Origin: Tubulanus polymorphus
Taxonomy: Eukaryota; Animalia; Nemertea
Length of the DNA stretch: 64,000 nucleotides
Assembly (NCBI RefSeq): GCF_964204645.1
Contig: NC_134035.1
Span: 10,696,451 to 10,760,450, forward strand
Direction of reading: 5' to 3'
Made by a program: the position numbers and the translations under genes. Positions 1 to 13,907 of the stretch are shown here, piece after piece. Numbering within the stretch: the stretch's first letter is position 1; each line of letters opens with the position of its first letter. The notes beneath the pieces are model-generated. The model had not been told where the DNA came from. It ran no database searches and saw only the letters and a list, made by a program, of their open reading frames with translations.

Positions 1-1985
1 CCGGTCGGGTCAACTTTTAAGCTCAGCTGAAATTGAAAACTCAAGCTATCAAATTCTTTAGCCTAAACATGTTTCCGAGCGTTTTCCTGTAACTTGAGAA
101 ACAATGGTTTCAGGATCAATGTTTCCCAGATTAATTATTTTGTTTCAGTGTTTCCACGCGTCGTGTGCGTCGGGCTTAAACACGCGCCTCCCACTAGTCG
201 CTGTCATGTGTTATCGTTTGATTTCAGTGAAACGAACAAATTCGAAAAGTGATCTCCTCCCTCCATTTGGATGACAACAACGTGATTTCGAGGAACGACA
301 CAACATGACCTCTCTCACACTCTCAACCTCTAGCATTGATCATCATACTTCGAATTACCAGCAGCGCCACTCAGCGGGAGAGTTCGAAATCATACAGGGG
401 ACAGAATGGCGGTCGATGCGCAACGTTGTACGTCGAACCCTCCTTGAATGGATCTCGCAATCTTGTTGAAATATTTGAGAAATTCTTGAAACTTATGTCG
501 AACTGGAATTACAAAAATGGAATTACAAACTTTACAAGGTTAAAAACGTAATGTCTTCGGAAATCAGTAGAGGAGCCGTGTTGACCTGGCGTTGAAATAC
601 CTCATAGGTTGACTCGTTTGACTGAGCTTTCGGCTACTAATACAATGGACGTATAAACTAGATCTAGTTTAAACGTCCATGCTAATGCCTGTAGTAGCTT
701 CATCTCAGTTACCCGATGAAGGTACTGTTATGTATTATTAGCGAAAGCTCGTACTTCAAATGAACAAGTTAGCCCATAAAGTGCTATCCGCTTCACTACG
801 TTTTACTGATTCGAATATCTGTAAGAGATTCCAACTTCTTAACCTTGTGCACGATCGTCATTTTATGTTCTAGGAATATTACGATACAGTGATTGAGCAA
901 ACAATGACCAAACGACAAATTTTATTGTTTATATATATACATATATATATATATATATAATGTGTGATGTATTAACATTTTCTCAACCAAACTCTCTCAC
1001 TCAGAACATAACAGAAGCCTAAAAATCTATCCGAACATATTAGAGGATTCTTTTTTAACCGATATATAATTACCCTACCTGCAGTTTGTTTTTCAATTTC
1101 AAATTGATTTTATCGCCGGTCATTTCCTACTACGAATTCAGCTTACAATTGCTACTGCGCCCGATATTTCATCGATATCCCCCGTTATCTCAAGGCAGTA
1201 TCGTGCCGTGAGCTTGATGCAATCGAATTTATATCTATATTATAAATAGATAATAAACAACTATTTTAAGAAATTGCGGTTTTGTTTGTACGTTTTTATT
1301 CAATTTCGTCGCCGTTTTGCGGCCAAAGCATACACGAAGCATCCAGTACTATACAGCGATTACTGAAGCGATTCACAAACAACACGCGTGAATATAAATC
1401 GCCATATCCGTTATGCAATAAAAAGATGTGAGATCCCACAGTTGGAAATTGACTAAAATTATCGTAAATACTTTAGGTGGTTACTATGTGCAGTGATTCG
1501 GGTCATATTTCATATCTACTGTAGGTGGTTCAATTTGAGAAGAACTTTTCTTTTGTATATGCTGGATCTAAATATTAGAGTTTCGAGTTCTTTTTGGTTA
1601 AACTGATCTGGAATTGAGAGCGATCTTGAATTAAGAAATATCGAACTACATGTATTGATCTTGAAGGCAATTGAAGACAATTATCATATTGATAAGGAAT
1701 ACACGTCACCAAACATCTACTTCGTAGTTATTTGACGTATTGTTTTAAACTGAAGGAAGGTGGTAGTAAGCACTCAAGATATTTCTGATAACCTTTTGAT
1801 AAACTTTTTAGTCAATTTACAGAATATTGTGAGACTGTACATCCGCGTTACTAATGCAGTTGACGAAGCCACAATAATATACAGCACAGAGGAAACGAGA
1901 CATACGAGAATTGATGTCGGCTCGACAAAAATTGAATTTACAAAGTTCTCATTTTGGCAACAATAAAATAATAATGTATATTACT

Positions 1986-4900
1986 TTACTTATATGGTAT
2001 CAACCACATTCGGACCTTTTTTATTCCAATATTCCTAAGCGCTGGTAGCATGGTGTCCCAGGTCATGCGATTCCATAAACCGTGTAGACTAGCGTCAGTA
2101 CAGTCATTATACCACCAACCCCCACCCATCACTTGGGCGCAGCTTTTCCCCGGCGACGAATCGTGGTCTTTGTCGCGCGTACTAAATTGAGAACCATTTA
2201 TCGACGACATAGCGTCACCCCACTTCACGTTCGGCGCCATTTTGCTGTAAGTCATCGTGAAATTCCCGCTCGCTTCGCTGCCTACGTGGAAGTTCTCGAA
2301 GAAAAGGTTAGCTTTACTGTTGTTGTTCAGTAGGATATATATTTTCAGTTTGTAGACGCGTTTTAGACTCGGCTGATTCAACAGCGGATATAACGTATCG
2401 AAACCTATCCAATACGACGTAAGTTTAGGATTGCCGTTGTCGAAACCGGTTTTGTATTGGTCCCAGGATTTATCGAAGTCGCCGTCCACGACGCGATTAG
2501 AAATAATCGTGGTTCCGCCTTTAACCATCTGACAGAGAGTGACTCGTGGACGCTTCGCACCTTCTGGATAGATGTATTGAACGATCGTCTGTTTTTCGTC
2601 ATGCAGATGGGCGTCGTACACGTCGGAGCAATCTGAAACAAGAGACAAGAAAACAAAATCTTGAAAATTTCATCAAAGCCTCTAAGAAATAATATATATA
2701 TTGCTTGATAGTTTCGACGAGTAGTACTAAATAGGTTAACTATTTTATATTTATAGGCAAACTGACACAAATTACACTAATCTGCCTATAAATACTGTTG
2801 TTTCATCTGATGTGGCTACTACGCATTTAGTAGCGAAAGCTCGTGCATCAAATAAACTAGAACGATAACCACACTCAAACGTGGTGAACGGATAATAAGA
2901 TAAAATCCCACTATTTACAGATTAAAAGAATTCAAAAACAAGAATTTATTTATTAAATCTAAAATATTTAAAAGACACGACGTTTCGATCTCACCCTAGA
3001 GATCATCGTCAGGACCTGACGATGATCTCTAGGGTGAGATTTTATCTTATTATCAAATAAACTAGTTAACCTAAACTACTACTCGACGTCTCTTTATTCT
3101 ACACCCGCTTAATGCGGCTGCTCTACGAATCTTACGACAATCAACGAACTACAACCGACAGTAGTGAAGCAACAGCAATTCGCCACCACAAAGACATAAG
3201 AAGCAACTAATGGTAACAATGTTCAAATCCAAGAAATTTCACAAAATGGTGGATTTTCTCTCTCATTCAACTGGACTTAAGGAGTCTTTTTGCCAATCCA
3301 TCTAATCGGTACAGAACTGGAATAATATCGGATATTCAGTTGTTGTCCGCGATTTTTGGCATTCTGTTAAGACATAAATGAGGTATGTACTCCAAAAAGT
3401 AAGCAAAATATCCCAGAAAAACAGGTCTCATCCATTAATAAAAGACATTAGACAGAAAATATGAGTGACGATATTAAATTGAATAAAAATGTAAACACAC
3501 AACTGTAATTCTCGTTTTGAAACGCCAATATTGATGACGTAGCGCACATCGACCCGCACAGAACCCCATTTCATCGAACTTGGCATTTTTAAGAGATACA
3601 CTACAACATTCTTATGAAATGATTTTCTGTATGGAAATCATAATAAGCAATCTCATTGAACTTGGCATTTTTACCAGATACACTAGAACTACACTATTGA
3701 TATTTATAAATCGGTGTCTGCAGGAAGTAACGGTTCTCGTTTAAACAGACTTCTCCTGCGACCGACACGAATTTCGTCTGAAGCGCTTCAAGATCGTTCG
3801 GAAATCGAGCGTAAACACCGTCGCGACACGGGATACTTAAACAGTGAAAGTCAATTAACATCAGGAAGCGTCTCGGAGGGCATATCGACCGTGTTCTAAA
3901 CGAAACACGACTAACATCTCCTCATTAACGTACTAAACTATCGTTTGTATTTAGCTGATTGACGCTGCGTTAAAATATTGGTTCCGTTTTTGTTCGAAAG
4001 AAACTTCTTTTACGAGAAACTCTTTTTTTAAAAATCTATATTCTACAACGACAAGGAGGGAATTTTCTAAGAAATGTAAGCCTTTAGTGCATACGGCACG
4101 AAAGCATCTAAAAAACTATTTAAAAAAATATTTACTATATTTACTATATATATATACACGAAAAAAATGATAATATTATACCAACCGTAAGCCCTACGAT
4201 CGCACCGCTGTCCAGTGAAGCCTGTTGTCCCGCAGTGGCAAATCCGTGTATCGTAATCTAGCACTCCACCGCGTTTACAAAAGGGTTCCTGAAGGCGAAA
4301 AGAAGGGTCTAGAATTATATTCGAAATACATTTCCACATTTCTAGCTTTACCACTTCTATGAAAGTACGTTTGTGGTTGAAAACCTGACAAGTATAACAA
4401 ATATCTGAAACTCTCTCCTTATTTTAAGGACTCTTGGAGACGAGGCAATTTCATTCTATTTCCTAACGAAAGATTAGACTGTGATCGGTCAAACCATGGA
4501 CATAAACAAAGCCCACTGTCAAATTTTGGAGAAATTGTCCAGAAGATTCTTCAAGTTCAATCGTGGTTGTATCGAGTTTACCAGATACAAATGTCTTGTT
4601 CGTCAACTACAGCTATTACCTTTTTAACTAATGGCTACTACACTATAAAAGCGCGTAGCAACTACGGAAACGAATGTGATACGAGTAGAAAGCGACATTA
4701 TTCTATTATTCATTTACGTCATAGAGTGATATTAAATGAACTGCATCAATTAGCAATTTGACAGAGCTACGGAATGTCTTATTCAAGTGGAGTCGAGTCG
4801 AGTTGCCAATATCGACTTGTAACTGGACAAGATGAAGAGATTCGTGGATGAGCCGGTATGGGCCGGCATAAAAAATATGGCTTAGACTTAAGATCGGTCT

Positions 4901-7900
4901 GAGACCTTCTCGGTTGTATAGCCCATCTAACGAACTTAATATCAAGTTAAGACCGGACTTAAAATTGAAGAGAATTTCTTGGACTTAGGTCTCGACTTTG
5001 GAACCGGCTGTCGGCTTATTGTGTGGAATCAGTAAACGCGAAGACGAATGGCGAAGACTTCGAAGATAAATTTCATTTCATCAAAATACCTTCAACGTAT
5101 AAATAGCTAATCCGCCCGATGAAACTAGTATACACAAGTCAAGCGAAACTTCGCACTTTTAATATGATTAAGTCGCTAAGGGCTATCACTGAGCTGAGCG
5201 TAGTCTACACCAGTACATTCTTCGTCGATTACACTTTCGTACATTATAGATGATAATGCCGAAGAAGTTATGGTTGTTTATTGCAATTGCCTAAGCGAAA
5301 GATTGCGTGAGAAATAACAAATTGATGGTGCGTTAATTAAACCAAGATCTCACGTATGCGTAAATGTCCCGTAAAGGTCCTGTAGCTATGTGCGTACTTT
5401 TTGTACGAGACAACGTCATAAATGGTTGCGAAACGCAATAAGTGATTTACGCGCGATACTCGAAGTTTGTTAATCTCCTGGTTATCTTTTGTGGATGTGT
5501 GTACGGCAAGTCTCCAGCGCTGGTTGGCAAACCAACGATGACGTCACGCGCAAGGCCTCTATCCGTATCAAATATTATAGGCATGATCGAAACAATTTAT
5601 AAATCTCTTAAAACGCATTTGAAACTTTCTGTTATTGATGTTTAATAGACGGAAATTTACGGAAGCGTCTTGGGACATTGAAAGAAACAAATCCATTTTG
5701 ATAGAGTCTGCAATCAGGGCCAACTTCGGTTGAGTTAGACGACTATAGCCCAACTAAGCGAAACCGAATTTCAGTGAGTCGGAACTATATTCCGGAAATA
5801 GTTCGGAGATCAAGCGCATTCGGTTATTAGTAAACCGACCACTAGCCGACTTAAGATACGAAAACCGAATTCTGCCCAGTGTGCGGCGGGCTTAAAAAAC
5901 TAAAGCCATTCGCCGACGATATTTACTAAACAATGTGATAGGAAAAATAGACTACGACTACAACACCGCAAGTCCAACACAATCCGAGGTTTATCCCTGT
6001 TGAAATAAATCATCGAAATCCAATCGTAAATCATCCGGCGCCGTTGAAACAAGTCGCACGCGTCACAAACGAACATCAATCAAATAACGTGTTGTTTTTG
6101 ATTTTGAATTCTTTCCCGAACGTCGACCCAGGTAAAATTACATGAAAAATGCAGAGCTGTATTAAAAGCGTTTGTGTCATCACGATCGCGAATGAAATCC
6201 CTAATGCTTCGTGGCAATGTTGATGGATTATAGCTGTAAAAAGACAACGCATACGGCAAAAAACCGGCAGTTGTGGCGCTCGTGAATAAATCATTTTTTT
6301 CTATATGAAGTTGTTTATTGAAGGCTGATAGATGTTATAAGACTTTTTTAATTACTTTGATCCGCCTCCCAGAATTCTGCAAATATCATCAAATTCATTC
6401 CTGCTATCATTTTAATCAAATTCATCACAATTTTGACTCCTCTAAAATTTAGGATAGGATAGGATAGGATGGATAGGATGGATAGGATGGATAGGATGGA
6501 TAGGATAGGATAGGATAGGATAGGAAGTAGAACAGAATTGTAGTTTATTTCTCTTTACACATCATCAACATCGATTTTACGATTTCGCTAATCCAGCAAA
6601 GGATAGCTGTGGCACGTCAGGATAGCCGTGGCACGTCAGGATAGCTGTGGCACGCCGAACGCTAAGGGTATTTAATGCGACCCGGTGCTAATTACATTTA
6701 TAAACTCGAAGCGAGTCTATTGTGTGCAACACAAGTTTCCCACTGTTTGCTCGGGTACACTTGTCGACCGTCGAAATAGCATTTCATCAATTGAAAAACA
6801 CTTCTAATTCGATGCGTTAAACCACAATTTAATTACCGTTCCTTTTCAGTTCCTTTTCAGTAACGATCGATGAAATAGCACCGTATAGTTAATCCGCGAA
6901 TGTCAGGCTGAATAACGATGCTTTTTAATTCACAATGCCACCGAGGTGAATGGAAACAGAAAAGAAACTTGCCTAGACGATAATACAAAGCAAACACGCT
7001 CCACGCTCCCTCTCCCTCTCCCTCTCCCGCTCCCTCTCCCTCTCCCTCTCCCTCTCCCTCTCCACGCTCCCTCTCCCTCTCCCTCTCCCTCTCCCTCTCC
7101 CTCTCCCTCTCCCTCTCCCTCTCCCTCTCCCTCTCCCTCTCCCTCTCCACGCTCCCTCTCCCTCTCCCTCTCCCTCTCCCTCTCCCTCTCCCTCTCCCTC
7201 TCCACGCTCCCTCTCCACGCTCCCTCTCCACGCTCCCTCTCCACGCTCCCTCTCCACGCTCCCTCTCCACGCTCCCTCTCCACGCTCCCTCTCCACGCTC
7301 CCTCTCCACGCTCCCTCTCCACGCTCCCTCTCCACGCTCCCTCTCCACGCTCCCTCTCCACGCTCCCTCTCCACGCTCCCTCTCCACGCTCCCTCTCCAC
7401 GCTCCCTCTCCACGCTCCCTCTCCACGCTCCCTCTCCACGCTCCCTCTCCACGCTCCCTCTCCACGCTCCCTCTCCACGCTCCCTCTCCACGCTCCCTCT
7501 CCACGCTCCCGCTCCCTCTCCCTCTCCCTCTCCCTCTCCCTCTCCCTCTCCCTCTCCCTCTCCCTCTCCCTCTCCCTCTCCCTCTCCCTCTCCCAATATA
7601 TATATGTAGTATGTACAGTATTCCTATACTTGAAGTGTTCTAGAACTGCGGAAGTGTATGTTACATAAAACGATTCGATTTTTTCATCGTAATTCTAGTC
7701 GTCGAATTCAACTGACGTCTATCGTAGGAAATCGGGTGATTATAAAACAAATAAATGAAACGCACAGAAAAATTGAATAGAATGATTCGAGCTTTTTTCC
7801 TTTCGATGAGAAGACAATGATACGTGTTTGCGTACAAACAAATTGTTGCATACATGATTATCAACGTTGAAGCTGTTCTCGACGATGCGGCCTCTTCTTT

Positions 7901-10900
7901 ATTTGTGTAAAGAGCTCAATTCGACCCGTTTTAGGCTCGTTCAACCGCACGAACCTGGTCCACAAGTGCAGGGTTATGAGCCATCGTAGCGTGTGCGCGC
8001 GCCATTCATCATCGCATTCGCTTCCATACTTAAAACTGCACAATTTCATCTTAATTCATCGATTAACTTGTTTCTATTCAGACCGTTTTTATCGTTCTGA
8101 ACAATTTGAGAATATGCCGCGAATATGTAATCGACAAATCACCTCACAAAGGTAATACGAATGGAAACCATCGGTTTAAATGGATTGAATCGCGATGCTT
8201 TTTACAGGACTTTTTATTTAAACGACTCGTATCAACTCGTTTTACTCTGCGGAGTACTATCACGTGATACGAATCGAATAACTTTGAATAAGATAATTAC
8301 CCAAATGAAACTCTATTACAAATCCGGAGACGACCGGATGCCTCCAATTCTACTCTTTAATCGACCATGACCCGGATGACTCCGGACTCACCATTCAGGG
8401 CGATTCAGGTTCTCGTAGCTATTCGACTCTATAGTGGTCGGAACTAGTCGACTAGCTAGGAAAACTGAAATTCGCATTTGGCTGCGTTTAGGATTCGTGT
8501 CGGCACATCGATCAGATAGATGAACATTATGAACAAACCTTTCTGGGAACGTGGACGACTCATTCTGTGTTGGAACGAGTTGCTCGAATAAAAACACATC
8601 GACAAAATCGGAATTAGGGTCGTTCTGCTTTTAGTGAAGAACAAAAAAAAAATAAATATGTTCGTCGCCTAGTATTCATAATGTGAAAATTGTGTCTAGT
8701 TGATTGAGCGTGCACATTATTATCACCCGAATGTCACTTGATGTTTGCCGAGTTTTGAGCCGAAAAAATGCTTGAAAAATACTTGATATTGAAACGTAGA
8801 CGCAGCAGCTAGACGACACAGTTTACACAGAACACACGGCAATTACACTGATGTCGTGATGCTAAATATTTGATCGCCAAATGGAAGTTACACCATCGAC
8901 GATTATATCCGAATAGTCATATCAGGCTACACATATCGTCTGAGTTTTAACTCGCTTATTAATCGATTAAATTAATGCAGGTACTGCATGGATTAGATTT
9001 AGATTAAGTTCATTTTGCTCCTCGACAAAAATGCATTTACTTAGACCACAAAAAATTAATGAAAGGGCCTATGTGTACGTGTAGATACATGACTGTACGT
9101 TAGATAAGAGTTTTTACTTTATTTCGTCTTCACTTTTTTTCCTTTTGACGGATCTGTTTCATATGAGCTATTTCTCAGTTTCTCCAAACCCCTCCAAATC
9201 TAAACCACTCTATTTTATATTTTGCGCAAAGCATTCGATTCGATTAAATTAAATTAAATTCAATTCAATTCAATTCAATAGAAATTGATATTGATTACAA
9301 ATACTTTCTCGTTTTTGTCTTATGGTCACGACTGGTAGAGTAACAGCGTGAGCTTATACCTGTTTGCCTTTTTTTAATGAAAATAAACCAGGTTTATTAC
9401 GGATTTTCTATTAGGGTTGAAGAGGATAGCCGATTTACCAAACTCAAGAGCCGCAGAAAAATGAGTTATTTGCTAGCCTTATACACGGATATCGTTGCAG
9501 TCAAGCGTGCTTGAACGATATGAAGTTCTGATTATTCGTTTTTTTTTAAAGTTAAAAATTTTTTCTTGAGTCGTTTGTACTTTACATTACTCTGAATTAT
9601 TGACTCTAGCTAAAACCACGTTGTTCAGAATAAATAGTTGATATCGATTATCTGAAGCTTTCGATCGTGAAGTAAATAAGGCTCGGGATGGAATTGAAAA
9701 CCATTGTTTGATCTTTTGTTACAGCAGAGAACAGCAGTCTACACAGTAATCAAATATCCTGACGATTGTAGACATTGTTCTGCACCGGAGTACTCAAGTG
9801 CCCCTGTTGAAATCTAACCCAACTGTAACGTAGACAATAAGGGAATACGTATTGGGCGTGCTGAGGAGCTTAAAATGCGCAATACCAACAGCGGTATCAA
9901 AAACGAAAGGATTTCAATCATTGTAACGAGTAAAAACTTCGCAATTGGTCGCGACTGAAGAGTTAAATGTGAATCACACAGACGCAAAGCCGAAAAGCTT
10001 AAACTATGGTAAAGTGAAAATCTATTGAATTTATCAAATCATCAGAATTTCTTGATTTCCACTATACACACCGACCGTATTTAATCAACTTTTTGATATT
10101 CTAAGCTTCTCGGCTTTGTGATTGTGGGGTTTACATCATCATTAAAATTTTTGTTATAACTAAAACTAGTGCCCCCCCCCCAAGAAAAACCAAACACTTT
10201 CGTTTCGTTTGGGTAATTGCGGGTTACCCATTCATAGTAGCTTCATCGGGTGACTCATTATTGACATTAGTAGCGAAAGCTCATTTGTTCAATAAAATAG
10301 TTAAGCTTTAAAGTACTGCGGTACTCGTCGAGGCGAGACGAGAACCGCAGTACTTCAGGTCGTAAACATTCTACCCCCGGTTAACACGGCTCCTCTACGA
10401 ATCCGACTCAATCAAAAATGCCCCAACAGTCCACACTCTGATGAATAGATTATAAAAAGCACTTTTAATGACTATTCAATCCAAATCTAATTCTGGTTTT
10501 TATGTCGTCTAAAGTACAATCCTTTGAAAATAACGAATCAAACCGGTGTATCTAAAACTACTACAGCGGACAGACTATACTCCCATTTCGAGTTCCCATT
10601 TCATTCGCATCACTTTTCATTCTACTTAGATTTAATTAAATTTTGATGTTCTTTTTCTGGGTGCTTGGATCTCTACGGGACACAGCCTTTATTGGCTTGT
10701 ATGTAACTTGTTCGTAATTATATATCATTTATACTTTTTCATGGCGAAATGAATACTAATATTCTCATAAAACCATAATAAGTCTATAGTTTCCTACTAA
10801 GTTTCTTACTACCTATAGTTTAATGTATTAGAATGACATAGGTGTTTCAGTCTATCTTCACGGTGTTAAATTAACCCTCTACCGTCGTTAATGAGTTGAA

Positions 10901-12673
10901 AATATATCAGCTGAATTGTAACCGCGTCACCTCATCAGTGTCTCGATAATGAGTTAACCGAGGGAAATGTGTCAATAAATCTCTCAACATTTGTATACCG
11001 ATCTACATCGAAGGATTCAATTTAATGCATTGCTTGCGTCGCATGCTTACTACGATGCGAAATGAGACTATGTTACGTAACACTTTAAAGGCCTACTAGA
11101 AAATTATGTACGTAGTTTTGTCGATACTACGAGCAATGTTAGATAATTGCTCGTAGGTCGATACAAAATCCATTTATTACGTTCACAAGGTTATATTAGT
11201 GCCACTGATTTTGACCCGTAGCGAGATATAGGAGTGTACACCGTGGAATGTACACTTTTTTTCCGGCGAACAATCAATCGGTGCATATGGAATGGAGTAA
11301 AACGTTATCACGCAATTCATACGTATTCATCGATTTGTTTAAATGCATTTTCCTCATTCATTTTTTTCAGAAAATAAGACGCAGTTTGTTTGTGTCCCGG
11401 TATTCGATATTGCGACATGTTGTCACGCTCTCGATTTTAGTTCAGCGCGGTTGTTTATTCATGTTCGAATCGATGGAAATGAACTATTTTCAGCTCGATT
11501 GTTAGATCTAACACAGAGATCAGCGGAACCAATTGCATATCCGATGCCATTTCATGGCGTTATCTGATAACAGTAGTTTCATTTCGATAATGCTTAATAC
11601 GTTTCAGTGGCCATATATCTTACATTGAAACGAACTCCTTCAAAAAGAATCCGAAATAAAGTTATTAACATGGCAGTTTTACTTTGGACATAATAGGAGA
11701 CTAAACCTCATAACCGGCTTACGACTCGGCCATCTCGTCGTATCGTCGGGAGGCGAGTCTCCGATTTTTTTCATCGGGAACCTTTTCGAGTTTACTTTCC
11801 ATCGCGACGAATCGATCGCAGACCGCGAGCAGCAAAAAAACTAGTTTACGCTTAAGAATACGGATAATACTTGGTAGATAAACTTTTGGATAAATACAAG
11901 TTATTGTTAACAGTAAAAGCTTTCGCTACTCGTGTGTATACGTGGTAGCTTCATCGGATAAATGATAAAAACAACTCTTACATCTGAAATCACTTTTTAA
12001 CCTGATGAAGCTACTTGTAGCTAACTGGTAGCTCATTTTTAAATAAAAACTTGTTAGCCTACAGAATCTGCCTTCACGTTCACAGAATTGACACACAGGC
12101 CAGTCGCTCACAGTTGGTTAATGTTAATTAGTGGATAGTTGACTAAAAAGTTGTCAATTAAAAGTTCATTGTTAAGAAGGTATTCACCCGCTGGTTTATC
12201 TTTAACCAACCTTTGAGCAACCGAGTCCTACAACGGCTCCTCGACAACGCTTGGACAGACGATCACTTATTCAAAAATGCATTTCAAATCGCTTTAGAAA
12301 ACGCGATTCACTGTAAAATACGTACCCGGTACACGAATTTCCAACTGGGACGATCCACCAGATCGGAGCAATTCTGACTGAAAGGGGTCTCCGTTAACTG
12401 ACACGTTCGAGAAGATCGCTGACTTGTTGGCGCTGATTCGGTGTTATAACCGGTACAGTTAACGAGCCGCGTACACTCGCGGGCGCAGTCGATTTCGGCG
12501 TCCGCGTTGGCCACCGTAGTCGTCGGACCGGCGAGAATTTTTCCCGATCCACAATATACCGTTGACCGGAAGTCGTTCGTGTACGTCTGGATGTTCACGT
12601 GACCGAATGTCCGCGTCACCAGTTGGTCAAACGACGAAAAATACGCGACTAAAACCGCAGCAATTAGCACCAT
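1986..12673 (-). CDS. Secreted PAN/apple-EGF-fibrinogen-related domain (FReD) protein, 3 coding exons, about 365 aa
   Basis: Exons 12673-12326 (signal peptide MVLIAAVLVAYF plus PAN-type CARECTRLVNCTGYN...CQL; donor CGG|GTACGT, phase 0), 4288-4186 (EGF-like EPFCKRGG...CHCGTTGFTGQRC; acceptor TTCAG, donor G|GTTGGT, phase 1), 2632-1986 (FBG domain DCSDVY...W..YK.GF...YWIG...FSTRDKDHD...CAQVMGGGWWYNDC). Phases join cleanly. The FReD and EGF exons are secure; joining the PAN exon across an 8-kb intron is inferred. Confidence 0.8.
2975..3040 (-). ncRNA. Hammerhead ribozyme motif within a head-to-head palindrome (Penelope-like remnant)
   Basis: Minus strand CTGACGA-T-GATCTC-TAGGGT-GAGATC-GAAA-CGTCG. 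2988-3013 and 3015-3040 are perfect inverted arms, with outer inverted repeats at 2891-2906 and 3039-3054. Confidence 0.65.
6450..6524. repeat. (GGATA)n/(GGATGGATA)n microsatellite; a 19-bp x3 repeat follows at 6601-6655
   Basis: Direct reading. Confidence 0.9.
6996..7594. repeat. Compound polypyrimidine satellite, (CTCCCT)n plus 13-mer (CTCCACGCTCCCT)n
   Basis: Direct reading. It explains the low-complexity ORFs at 6857-7668. Confidence 0.97.
11918..12021 (-). mobile_element. Copy of dispersed hammerhead-bearing repeat family A (C[C/T]GATGAAGCTAC...GTAGCGAAAGCT)
   Basis: Minus strand CCGATGA-A-GCTAC...GTAGC-GAAA-GCTT with an inverted partial copy at 12002-12021. Related copies at about 691-760, 2806-2843, 5115-5143, 10235-10282, 44915-44980 and 53014-53040. 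Confidence 0.6.
12098..12229. mobile_element. MITE-like repeat (family C), second copy at about 14265-14391
   Basis: The two copies share CGCTCACAGTTGGTTA...GATAGTTGAC...CAATTAAAA.TTCAT...ACCAACCTTTGA.CAAC, with imperfect inverted termini. Confidence 0.55.
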
Positions 12674-13907
12674 CGCGAACGCGTATGGTTTATCGATGTA
12701 GTCAATTTATAACGGTTTCTAAACGACGTTGAGCAAAGCTTTTCATTTTGATATTCTACCAGTGCACCGTATATTCGAAATGATAATCTAAATCCACGTC
12801 ATTGCGATTTCAAACTGATCTATCCCGTTAGGTTGTGAACTGTTTTTTTCGTCCGTTCGCGCGCGTAAATTCATCGGCGACGATATACGCGGGCCGATAG
12901 TCGAATAATCGGTCGTCGTGAAAAGAAACAACCGAAAAGCACCGAACCGATGTCGACCGAAGAAAAGGCGAGAAAGTTTCTGGTTTACGGTCGAGGAGAC
13001 ATGAACTGCGTCGGGAAGCATCGATTAAGGCCGCGCAATATCGGTAGCAACCAAGCATCGACGTAGGCGCACAAACGATAGCAACGCATGGTGCGAAAAT
13101 ACAATCAACTTATGGTGACCTTAAACGTGATGCAGTATACATGAGCGTCCCGAAGAACCGGTCGCGGCGAGGTGGCGAGAAACGACTTTCGTTTTGGCCA
13201 AAGATGCCCTTTATAAAATGCTGAAAAGAAAATATACCTTACATCACAAATCATACAATTTATTTTTCCAAAAAAGTACATTTAACATAGCGGGACTACA
13301 TCAATAAAACAAGTATCATTTACATATTATAGTTTAGAAATTGAACTGTAGTTTGCCGCCTTGCGACGCGGTGATCGTGTCGTATCGCAAGGTTGACCAA
13401 GCCCAGCTTGCGTTATAGAATTTGAGAAATGTGCCTCTCCCTGAGAAGTTCCGGGGACGCCGATGATTATAAACGCACTGCCCTAGTCGATAGGATCGTA
13501 TTGCCAAGACAAAGGGCAACATTGCTGATGGGTAACATGATAAAAACATTATTTCATAATCTCCTCATTACCAGCGACTTTTATACTACTTTTACACTAT
13601 TAACTCAATATGATTGTTTTGAAACAGCTATCATTTTCGTCGAAATGAATCTATAATTTTTTGTATCATCACGTTGCGCGCCTATAAACACGGTCTATTG
13701 CTTAAAATTCATGTGTTAATGCTTCATCATTGTACACTTTCCATAAACTATTCATCATTTACGAAATAGGGTCGCCCATCACATTAAAATCACGATATGC
13801 CTACACGCTATGAAAATACGTATTTTCTATATCATGATATTGACATTAACATCAAAACGAATTCTAACAATTTTCAAAATATCAGATACAAGAGTTTATC
13901 AAAATTT

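Noticed and set aside
6857-7668. Four 180-240 aa ORFs (ERERGEGAWRGSV, PLPLP, SPSPSP)
   Set aside because: Translations of a CT-rich satellite that lacks stop codons; it lies inside the FReD gene intron.
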